From Caecitellus pseudoparvulus (lineage: Eukaryota; Protista; Bigyra: Bicosoecida): 28,052 nucleotides of DNA. Within the stretch, counting starts at the first letter, position 1; each line of letters starts with the position of its first letter. Both the position numbers and the translations under genes were made by a program. Shown one piece after another: positions 1 through 9,422 of this stretch. The stretch is from NCBI GenBank assembly GCA_965644315.1, contig CBFFRQ010000177.1:1-28052 (forward strand), written 5' to 3'. The notes under the pieces were generated by a model. It was not told where the DNA came from, ran no database searches, and was given only the letters and a program-made list of their open reading frames with translations.

Positions 1-826
1 AACCCTAACCCTAACCCTAACCCTAACCCTAACCCTAACCCTAACCCTAACCCTAACCCTAACCCTAACCCTAACCCTAACCCTAACCCTAACCCTAACC
101 CTAACCCTAACCCTAACCCTAACCCTAACCCTAACCCTAACCCTAACCCTAACCCTAACCCTAACCCTAACCCTAACCCTAACCCTAACCCTAACCCTAA
201 CCCTAACCCTAACCCTAACCCTAACCCTAACCCTAACCCTAACCCTAACCCTAACCCTAACCCTAACCCTAACCCTAACCCTAACCCTAACCCTAACCCT
301 AACCCTAACCCTAACCCTAACCCTAACCCTAACCCTAACCCTAACCCTAACCCTAACCCTAACCCTAACCCTAACCCTAACCCTAACCCTAACCCTAACC
401 CTAACCCTAACCCTAACCCTAACCCTAACCCTAACCCTAACCCTAACCCTAACCCTAACCCTAACCCTAACCCTAACCCTAACCCTAACCCTAACCCTAA
501 CCCTAACCCTAACCCTAACCCTAACCCTAACCCTAACCCTAACCCTAACCCTAACCCTAACCCTAACCCTAACCCTAACCCTAACCCTAACCCTAACCCT
601 AACCCTAACCCTAACCCTAACCCTAACCCTAACCCTAACCCTAACCCTAACCCTAACCCTAACCCTAACCCTAACCCTAACCCTAACCCTAACCCTAACC
701 CTAACCCTAACCCTAACCCTAACCCTAACCCTAACCCTAACCCTAACCCTAACCCTAACCCTAACCCTAACCCTAACCCTAACCCTAACCCTAACCCTAA
801 CCCTAACCCTAACCCTAACCCTAACC
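1..826 (+). repeat. Terminal telomeric repeat (CCCTAA)n = (TTAGGG)n, ~137 units
   Basis: Perfect CCCTAA array from base 1. C-rich strand on +, as expected at a left chromosome end. Ends in variant CTAACCTCTAAC. Confidence 0.98.
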
Positions 827-3169
827 TCTAACTTTCCAAATGTCAACCTAATCATAGGTTGTGCATTGCTAACATTGCCTAATCCAGGCGCTCGTGCACC
901 CAAGTGTGGTGTTGCACAGCGCTAGTGCATTGGCAGTGCGGCGCGCGGGTGAGCAGCTGTGCGAATTCCGCACGCCACGCTCCCCACGCAGTGCTAAGTG
1001 CGGCTCCGGCTGGACGCTGCACCACTGCTTGCCCGAAACCATTGCTTCATCATCATGTCATCCAAGGCCAGCCAAGTCCTCGGCGTGCTCTTCGCGGACA
1101 AGTGCCTGGAGCAGCGTGTGTCAGGGCGGCCACGAACAGGCGTGCTGACTGACATGTCACGCCGAGGGGCAGCCCGGACTTTCCAGCTCGGTGGCATGGA
1201 CATTGACTGCACGGATGGCCAAGATGCATCATTTTTCGTCCGGCAAGTGGCTTGGCATCTTCGGAGATGAGCTGGAGGCCGAGTTTCCTGGAGCTGCTCC
1301 TGTGATGGTGCGCGCTAATTCCGCGCTGAAACAATCCGCACCAGGGCAGACCATTCTCCTTGTCACGCTGCCGAGTGACGGTGAAGGCCCCGCCATTGCC
1401 AAGTCCCTGCGCGTTGCTGCTGCTGTGCGAGAAGACTTCATCATCATGTTGAAGGGGGGCGGCCTCTGTGGGCGTGGTGTACTCCAACACGCGGCAGTTC
1501 ACGTCAGAGCGCGCCAGGGTCAGCGCGATCGCCCCTCCCTCTGTAGTGAAGGTTGCTCAAAAGATCTCTGAGGCAGCAACCAACATTGCCTGTGAGAGTG
1601 GGGATGTGTCCAAGATCTTGAAGCTTGTCCATGCCCATGTCACCAACACCTCACTCCATCGCCAAGCGTGCTCCAAAGCCCGTCGGACACTCCGTCTCTC
1701 CAGAAGATGACGCCTCTGTCGACAAGCTGCCAAGCACACTGCCAAAGCCCCTTGCTGAAGGCGGTCCCAAGAAGAAGAAGACACGGAGGGGCAAACGCAA
1801 GCCATCGACAAAGAGCTCTCCTCCTCGGCGCTTTGCTGAACTGTTCAAGGAGGGCGTCGTGACTACTCGCCCCACAGCGCCCTCCCCTCCATCTGCACCC
1901 GCCGAGTCGTCAGGCCAAGCTGCTCCTTCCCCTGAACATGTCCCTCTTCCGTCCACCAGAGTCAAGCGCCCGACCTTCAGCAGATGGGACTCGCCCAGCC
2001 CACGCAAGAGACCTCCTCCCGTGTCCCCGACAGCTGCGGCACTATCGGGCAGCGGGGCACAGCCACCTCTTGCAAGTCCTGCAAACACGGCACCCACTAC
2101 GCTGCTAAAACTTGCTGACTGCAGTCGCCGACCAGCACGGCTTGGACAGGCAAACCTTGACTTGGGTTCCCCCTTGCAGCAACTCCTCGCCTCTGCGCAC
2201 GCGTTCCGCAATAAGGACCAACGACACTGTGTCCAGGCCTGCTTTGAAACAGCAGCAGGAGAGCCACTCTTCAATGACGATGACCTTGTCCTTCTTCAAC
2301 ACGCAGCCACCATCCAAGCGGCGCAGACATCCTTCTGTGCTGTGTTGAAGAAGAGCAGCGCGCGTCACCCTGGCACACCAGACTCGGAGGTCCATGCTGT
2401 CTGTGAAACAGAACCTTCCATGCCGACCACCGAGCAAGACAAGCTTGACCTCTTTCAATCGTTCCTGTACCGACATGCGCCTGATGATGCAGCACTCACC
2501 AGTGCCTGTCCACCTGTGCTCCTCCCTGGTCTTCATCTCTTGCTCACGCGTATCAACGAGGGCCATCGGGAACTTGAAGGCGGCACAGTGCCTGGACACT
2601 GCCTGGTTGATGTCAAGGCAGAGAAAGAGATGACCTCCGAGGCAAAAGTCTTTGCTGGGGTGTACTTCGCGTTTGCTCTCAGCTTGGTTGACACTGGAGG
2701 TGTCTCCCACCTTCAGCTCATTGTCGTCAACGCTGAGAAGTCCACACTTGTACTGTGGAACCCTGACGAACCCTTCAAGAGCACCAACATTCCAATCGAC
2801 GGCTGCCTGAACACACTCGACTCGATGGGCATTGAGTCTGTGTACCGTGTCTCATCCTCCCCGCTGAGTGGCAAGCCGATTCCCTTCAAAGACAGAGTGC
2901 GGCTGGCCATGCTGTCCCTCAGGTCTGACTTTCCCCCCACTCCCCGTTCGTAGCTGAGGACGAGACTGTCTACCCAAAGACTCTCATCACTGGCAAGACA
3001 ACACGGGTGTACCCTCCCTGTAGGCCGCACCACGCGCCAACAAGCAGCTGCCGATGAGAGAGCCAAGACGGTTGACCCCATACTGTCACTCATCCCAACA
3101 TCTGTACAAGTCGCCGACCAGATCAGTAGCGATGCACCCCATACCCCTGTCGGCCGCGGAAGACACATG

Positions 3170-3975
3170 ACACTCGCACTTGCTTGCTTGGAATGTGCAC
3201 GGCTCCTGCGGCCAGTGTGTCCACGATGTCGTCACCTGTGTCCAGTCTGTGTGCAGTGCGTCGTCCATGTTGGCACTCTGTGTCACAGAGCCTGGGGGGC
3301 ACGGCCTGCTCGACACGGAAGTCATGGGCCTTGAATGCTTCCGCCCAAGCCCGCCTGATCGGCCTGTCGGGCGGAGTGAGGTTGCCTTGCTGCTTGATCG
3401 AAGACTCAATGGCTCAGTGATCCCGGGCCTCGACGTTGATGGTCGCTGCATAATTGCTTGCTCGATCCCTGCAAGCCCACAACCCATCGCCATCATAGCC
3501 ACGTACGTACCCAACTGGCACTCTTGGCAGCGAAAGAAGCCAGTCGCTGATCCGGACACGAAGCTTCCGTACCGGCAAGAGGCTTGGCGGCAGCTTGAGT
3601 CTGCTGTCTCAACAGCTCCGCCTCACCCACATGATTGTCATCATGGGTGACTTGAACACTCATCCAGGTGACGAAGGGGTAGGCACGTGGGGAGCAGATC
3701 ACTGGGAGAACCGGACCGGCATTCCCGAGCCCACTGAAGACATCCTGCAGATGCAGCTCCTCTGCGAGCAAGGCCCACTGATCCCAGCCGGACTTGGTGG
3801 CCTGCCAACGCACAGGTATGGTCGGGCTCTGGACCACATCCTGATGACTGAGGACCTCCACAGTATGTTGAGCAGACCACTGCACATCACAACAACGTTC
3901 TCCAGCGGGACGAAAAAGAGTGCCGCTCGACTAGTCCTCAGTGACCATCATCTTGTTGCAGCAGAAGTCCGAGTG
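3170..3975 (+). other. Apurinic/apyrimidinic-type endonuclease (APE/EEP) domain of E1
   Basis: Motifs in the expected order: WNVHG, LCVTEP, IATYVP, IMGDLNTH, LDHILM, LSDHHLV. Confidence 0.9.
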
Positions 3976-4789
3976 AAGCCTGCCAAGCGAGTGTGGACAT
4001 CATCCAAGAGCCCCCATGTACAGGCGGTGCCACCCTGGTGGACCTCCAGCGACAGAGGCTGGGCTGGCAGCGCAAGCGATGTTTCGAGGATCCCTCAGCT
4101 CGCGGGCCACCGCGCTCCAGACAGGCAGCGCCGCCCCGAGCCTATCCTTTCTCAACGGTGCTATCGAAGCTGCGGCTATGGACACACATCGCAAGGCCAA
4201 GACCCCACGTGACCCTCTGCCCCAGCTGAAGATGGACATCAAGGCGGCCAGCGGGCTCAAGAAGTCCATGACTGCACGCGTGTCCAAGCTGCGGAAGACC
4301 ATTGCCAAGCTGCACCGGAAGCTCGCACTTGCCACCGGTCGGCATCCTCAGCCAGACCACGCCCGTGCCATCCGAGAGGGAATCTCCATGGCCACTGAAG
4401 AGCTACACGCCACGCTTCAATGCCGCAAGGATGCAATGCGGAAGTGCACGAGGCTTGTGAAGAAGAAGCGACATGTCACTCTGTCCAGGATCCGAGCACG
4501 CTTGAGGGAACTCGCTGTCACGGATCCCTTCACTGCCCACCAACACATCAAGCGCCTGTCAGGTCGAGGTCGTCGAGCCCGTCGAGCTCCCATCAGGTCC
4601 GTGAAGTCCATGCAGGGAGGCTCATCTCTCCCTGATCTGGTGAAGGAGGAGGTTGCCAAGCAGATGTCTGGCATCCTGAGTCACAACAAGCCCAGGCCAA
4701 CATCGCTGAAGTACGGGCTGGCAAGGTTCCTTCCCTCAGCCCAAGAGTCCTTCACCCCGCCAGTGACATGGCTTCCCTCCAAGAAGCAA

Positions 4790-5805
4790 GTCAAAGTCCT
4801 CATGGGATCACTCAGCTTGCATCGACACCCAGGCTCTGGCAAGTTCCAATCAGAGCACATCAAGTATGCTGGGCCAGGCTTCCAAGACATCTACTCCCAA
4901 GCCGTCATCCAAGCGTTGCAACACGGCACCTGCCCGCCAGACTACCATGCAGGCATTGGGTCACTCATCCCCAAGAAGACGAGTGAAGCTGGGCGGCCTC
5001 GCACATACCGCTTGATTGTATGCCGCCCCCTCCTGCGAAGCTCTTCTTCTCAGTGGCCGCTGCATGCCTGGAGTCCTGGATGCAAACATGGGTGTCGAAG
5101 GAGCAGGCTGGCTTCACTCGACACCGCAACACGCATGAGCACATCTTGGCTCTCCAAGAGGTGATCAAGGGCCACCTGCGACAGTCAACAGCGCCAGTGC
5201 AAGTCCTGGTACTCTTCGTGGACTTCCGGGGAGCATTCGACTCTGTGAGCCACGCAGCCATCACAGAGATCCTTGAGGCTGCCTCCCTCCCTGCGCCACT
5301 CCTGGCCGTCATCAAGGAGTACATGTCCAAGGCGACGGTCTCCATCAACACGCGCCATGGTCTTTGTCGCCCCCTTCCTGTCAGCAATGGTGTCCCCCAA
5401 GGAGGAGCTCTGTCCCCCTCCTCTTCAAGGTTGCGATAGATGTGCTGTCGCAAGGCTCCACGAGATGCCCCTCCAAGGCATCCAGGGAGTGGGCATCCCA
5501 ACACCAGCAGGCCATGTCACCCACACCCTGTATGCAGACGACCTGGCCTGCATCGCAACGTCTGCCACGGCCTTGCACCGAATCTTCGTAGAGGTGAAGG
5601 CCATCGCTGCCCGGGTTGGCCTTGCCATCAACCCGTCGAAGTCCGGGGTCATGATCCTGCCAACTCCGTGCGAGGCAGCCGGACACCAGTCAGTGAAAGG
5701 AAGAAGTTGGTGTGGCGCTCGGCTGCCCTCAAAGCGGGCAGCATGCTGAAGGTTGGCACCAAGTCCATCCAACGGGTGGCCGAGTACACCTACTTGGGTG
5801 TGCCG
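4790..5805 (+). other. Non-LTR reverse transcriptase domain of E1
   Basis: HPGSG, LIPKK, YRLI, EQAGFTRHR, FVDFRGAFDSV, GVPQGGALSP, LYADDL, GLAINPSKS, YTYLGV. Confidence 0.93.
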
Positions 5806-6827
5806 ATGTCCGAACATCCTGCCAAGACCCGTGCACTTACCCTGCAACAAGCTGGGCTTGCTTGCATCCAAGCCGGGTTCACTGCGGGCGCGCTGCTCAG
5901 TGCCACCTGGCTCGATGTGCAGCAGCGGCACCTGGTTGGGTATGCCACCTGTCACGTCAGCCGCCGACTACATGCTGTCCACCCAAGCCAACAGTTCCCT
6001 GCTTCCGCTGCGCGATGTTGACCGCGGCGTCGCCCTCGCCTTGGACAGGACCCAAGTCGGCTCGCAGAGTGCACTCATGCGCCCCCACAGCTACGCCAAG
6101 CTGGCTCTATGCGGAGTCCTGCCTGCCCACATCCGCTCCACGCAACTGCGGACTGGGATGTTTGTCAAGGCTCTCCGGATGCTGCACTCGGACACCCCTC
6201 TTGCCCGAGCTCTGTGCCTGACCATCCCGCAGGCCCTTGACCTTATGCCTGCTTCGATGTCGACGACCTTCATCGTCGACACCATTGCTGATGGAGGTCG
6301 ACTCCGGCTGCCAGTGTCCCTGCTCCGTGGGCACTGCATGCCCTCTTGGACCTCTGGCTCATGGGCTGCATGCCAGACCTTGCACAGCTTCGGCTTGCAT
6401 GTGCACCTGGCTCTGAGCATGCTGCCACAGCCCTTGCCCAAGTCCTTGCCGGACTTAAGACCACCCCGGGCCTCCACAGGTCTGCGGTGGCTGGGGTGGC
6501 TGCCAGCGAGACGTCGTCCATGGCCGAACCCCGGCCTTCACGGCAGACACCCCCTGGGCCCTGCGTCGCCAAGTCCTCGCGTCGTATCTTCATGCAGCCC
6601 AGGCAGTGCCGAGTGCAGCTGCCCACTACACCACCGACAGCCGAATCCCCCAAGTGCAGAAGCCCAGGCCGTATCATCTTGGGCCTGGTGCGCAGCACTT
6701 CGTGGGCTACATCCACTGCCACACGGGGTGAACCCCTCTTCTGGGTCTGTCCTGATGACAGGCCCACCAGAGTGATGGTCCATCACTTCCAGACCTACAG
6801 CTTCTTCATGGGGGGGACAGTGCCACT

Positions 6828-6900
6828 CTGTACGAGTGCTGGTCCGATTTGCGGACTCAACACCGATGTACAGCTGCACGTGCACATCCTGCTGCACTGC
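6828..6900 (+). other. C-terminal CCHC-like zinc knuckle of E1
   Basis: CTSAGPICGLNTDVQLHVHILLHC downstream of RT, the typical LINE position. Spacing of the first Cys is atypical. Confidence 0.6.
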
Positions 6901-8271
6901 ACCCACCACGAACTCACCATGGCACGCCAACACACGATGACCAAGTTCAGAGAACTGGCCAACAGGTCAGCTGTGCCCGAGTCCGCGGCGGGCCAAGTGC
7001 AGTGCCTGCCCATCCCCCCAAGATCTGCCACGCCCTCCTTCGTGCCCCCGACCCAGAGCCGCGAAGCCTGCGGACCTCGAGGTCCTCCACAGGCTCCTGC
7101 TCTGCGGGCAGTGGCCTCACCGGTGGGGGCTGGCCGACGAAGAGCAGCTTGTCTCTATGAAAGAGGCGGCTGTCCTCTCCCACCCCCACCTCGTCCACCG
7201 TGCTGGTCCTTGCCGTGTCCGTGCCCCAGCTGTATGGCAAGACATCCTGCGGCAGGCGCGGTTGAGTTCACAGCAAAGGCGTGGCGGGTCACAGTCACTT
7301 ACATGTTGCGTATGACCGATGCCCACCACCTTGCTGTCCAGAGGCATGCTGAGTACCTGTGGTGGGCAGTACATGGGCGCGGGCGCCGCTGCCTGGCCGC
7401 ACGCAGCCAGTGCGGTCAGCGGCCACGCGGCACACGCGCAGGCCCCGCACTCGCCGCAGGGCACGCACCTTTTTCCCTGCCAAGGCTGGCCAAGTGCCGT
7501 CCACGGAGGGCAAGGTCCAGAGGACGCTGCAGCACTCATGGGGCCTCAGCCAGCCCATGCAGACACTGATGGTGAGGGGGAAGGGCCCGATGGTTCCTGT
7601 GAAGAGAGCGAGGAGTAAGGCGGAACGCAGGCGTGCGGGCGGGAGTGGAACAGCCACGCTTGTGGCCGCGTCTACCCTCCACGAGTGTCCTGACGTGATG
7701 AACCTGTGTGAAGCGTGGTGATAACCACGGTAGCCCGAAGCAGATGCCCAAGACCTTACCTTTTACTTACTACATAGCCTGCGAGTAGCAGTGGAGTGAG
7801 CGGAGCGTCTCGGGCCGCGGCGCGTGTGCAGCCGCAGTGCTGCACGGCCGCGGCCCGGATGGCGGCTGACGATGAAGCAAGCTCACTCACCACGAAACCA
7901 GGGCGTGACGGGTTGAAGAAGAAGGTCCTTTTCCTTTCTGTATCCCTTGATGCGCGCGATGCGCTCTGAGGCGCGGGCGCGTGTGTGCGCACGGGTGCTG
8001 GTGTGCGCGATCGAATTCCGCACCACGCACCCGGCCGAGTTCCCGCGCAGAGGCGGAGCACACACCTCATGAAGGGCGCAGAGAGGCCTATGAGGGCCAC
8101 AGAGGAGGTGGGTGAGGAATTTGGATTATGATCTGTTACTGCAAGACTGCGCGGATGCCTGGGTGTGCTCTGGTGTGCCCCAGGTGTCTGGCGCTGGCGG
8201 AGCAAGGGATGAAGTGTAGCGGAGGAGGGCCAAGATGATGAATTGGAGCGGGCAGGGACCTGCCCTAGCAA

Positions 8272-8436
8272 GTGGCGGCAGATATAACGGGTGCAAGCCT
8301 GTGTTTGTTGCGAATCCGCGCCAAGCGGTAGCCGCTGTGGCGTCCTACATGTGCAGAGGTGCATTGTGGGGCGCCCGTGTGACGCTCAAGCTGTACGGTG
8401 CCAAGCTTGTGCCGAGGTGAAATGCATTGTGAGTTG
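8272..8436 (+). ncRNA. Structured 3'-terminal cis RNA element of E1 (three hairpins), homologous to the E2 3' end
   Basis: Compensatory and G-U-consistent changes relative to E2 12178-12350 (details in findings). Confidence 0.65.
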
Positions 8437-9210
8437 CCCTAACCCTAACCCTAACCCTAACCCTAACCCTAACCCTAACCCTAACCCTAACCCTAACCCT
8501 AACCCTAACCCTAACCCTAACCCTAACCCTAACCCTAACCCTAACCCTAACCCTAACCCTAACCCTAACCCTAACCCTAACCCTAACCCTAACCCTAACC
8601 CTAACCCTAACCCTAACCCTAACCCTAACCCTAACCCTAACCCTAACCCTAACCCTAACCCTAACCCTAACCCTAACCCTAACCCTAACCCTAACCCTAA
8701 CCCTAACCCTAACCCTAACCCTAACCCTAACCCTAACCCTAACCCTAACCCTAACCCTAACCCTAACCCTAACCCTAACCCTAACCCTAACCCTAACCCT
8801 AACCCTAACCCTAACCCTAACCCTAACCCTAACCCTAACCCTAACCCTAACCCTAACCCTAACCCTAACCCTAACCCTAACCCTAACCCTAACCCTAACC
8901 CTAACCCTAACCCTAACCCTAACCCTAACCCTAACCCTAACCCTAACCCTAACCCTAACCCTAACCCTAACCCTAACCCTAACCCTAACCCTAACCCTAA
9001 CCCTAACCCTAACCCTAACCCTAACCCTAACCCTAACCCTAACCCTAACCCTAACCCTAACCCTAACCCTAACCCTAACCCTAACCCTAACCCTAACCCT
9101 AACCCTAACCCTAACCCTAACCCTAACCCTAACCCTAACCCTAACCCTAACCCTAACCCTAACCCTAACCCTAACCCTAACCCTAACCCTAACCCTAACC
9201 CCTAACCTAA
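8437..9210 (+). repeat. Internal telomeric tract (CCCTAA)n, ~128 units, with variant units (CCCCTAA, CCTAA) at the proximal junction
   Basis: Directly visible in the sequence. Confidence 0.97.
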
Positions 9211-9379
9211 GACTTATACAACGGACACGAGTCTGTGCTAGTCGCAAAGCCGTGCAAGCGGTGCCGTCGTGGTGTCTGTGTCACTGCATTCTGTTGTGGC
9301 GCAGGTGGCACCACATGTCCAAGCCCAAGCTGTACCATGATGTAGCCTGCATGGAGGCAATCTGCAATGCATTGAGTAG
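9211..9379 (+). mobile_element. 5'-truncated 169-bp copy of the E2 3' end
   Basis: Identical by eye to 12182-12350. Followed by CTAACCCCTAACC. Confidence 0.92.
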
Positions 9380-9392
9380 CTAACCCCTAACC

Positions 9393-9416
9393 GGCAATCT
9401 GCAATGCATTGAGTAG
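9393..9416 (+). mobile_element. 24-bp 5'-truncated copy of the E2 3' end
   Basis: GGCAATCTGCAATGCATTGAGTAG equals the last 24 nt of E2. Followed by CTAACCCTAAC. Confidence 0.88.
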
Positions 9417-9422
9417 CTAACC

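Larger units (their letters stand above)
1055..7569 (+). pseudogene. E1 polyprotein (N-domain, NLS, candidate Cys protease, APE, RT, CCHC), broken by a dozen or more single-base frameshifts (decay or consensus error); 3' end approximate
   Basis: ATG 1055 (MSSKASQVLGVLF) aligns with the E2 ATG at 9651. Successive ORF-track fragments (998, 1191, 1468, 1625, 3180, 3595, 4016, 5020, 5273, 5440, 5753, 6346) join into one protein by 1-nt shifts, several of them in C/G/T runs. Confidence 0.8.
828..8436 (+). mobile_element. E1: telomere-associated non-LTR (APE-type) retrotransposon, apparently full length, 5' end facing the chromosome tip
   Basis: Flanked on both sides by CCCTAA arrays. Encodes APE and RT motifs. 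5' end (CTAACTTTCCAAATGTCAA...) and 3' end (...AATGCATTGTGAGTTG|CCCTAA) are homologous to those of E2. No poly(A) tail. Confidence 0.9.

Noticed and set aside
930-975. HDV-like ribozyme suggested by GCGAA followed by a pairing strand
   Set aside because: The intervening sequence is too short for P3/P1/P1.1/P4 and folds as a simple hairpin.
7866-7898. Hammerhead-like CTGACGA...CGAAAC
   Set aside because: No stem II closing directly onto GAAA, and no convincing stems I/III.
8235-8420. Small conserved peptide (YNG..V.VA.P) in the 3' ends of E1 and E2
   Set aside because: The frame is not maintained between the elements beyond a short stretch. The substitutions are better explained by RNA helix covariation.
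828-8436. E1 as a Penelope/Athena or dual-endonuclease Dualen element
   Set aside because: It has a LINE-type RT and APE, so it is not a PLE. I could not find RNase H or a C-terminal PD..D RLE motif, although frameshifts after 6900 limit certainty.
8291-9247. ORFs encoding (PN)n and (RV)n
   Set aside because: These are just translations of the telomeric hexamer.
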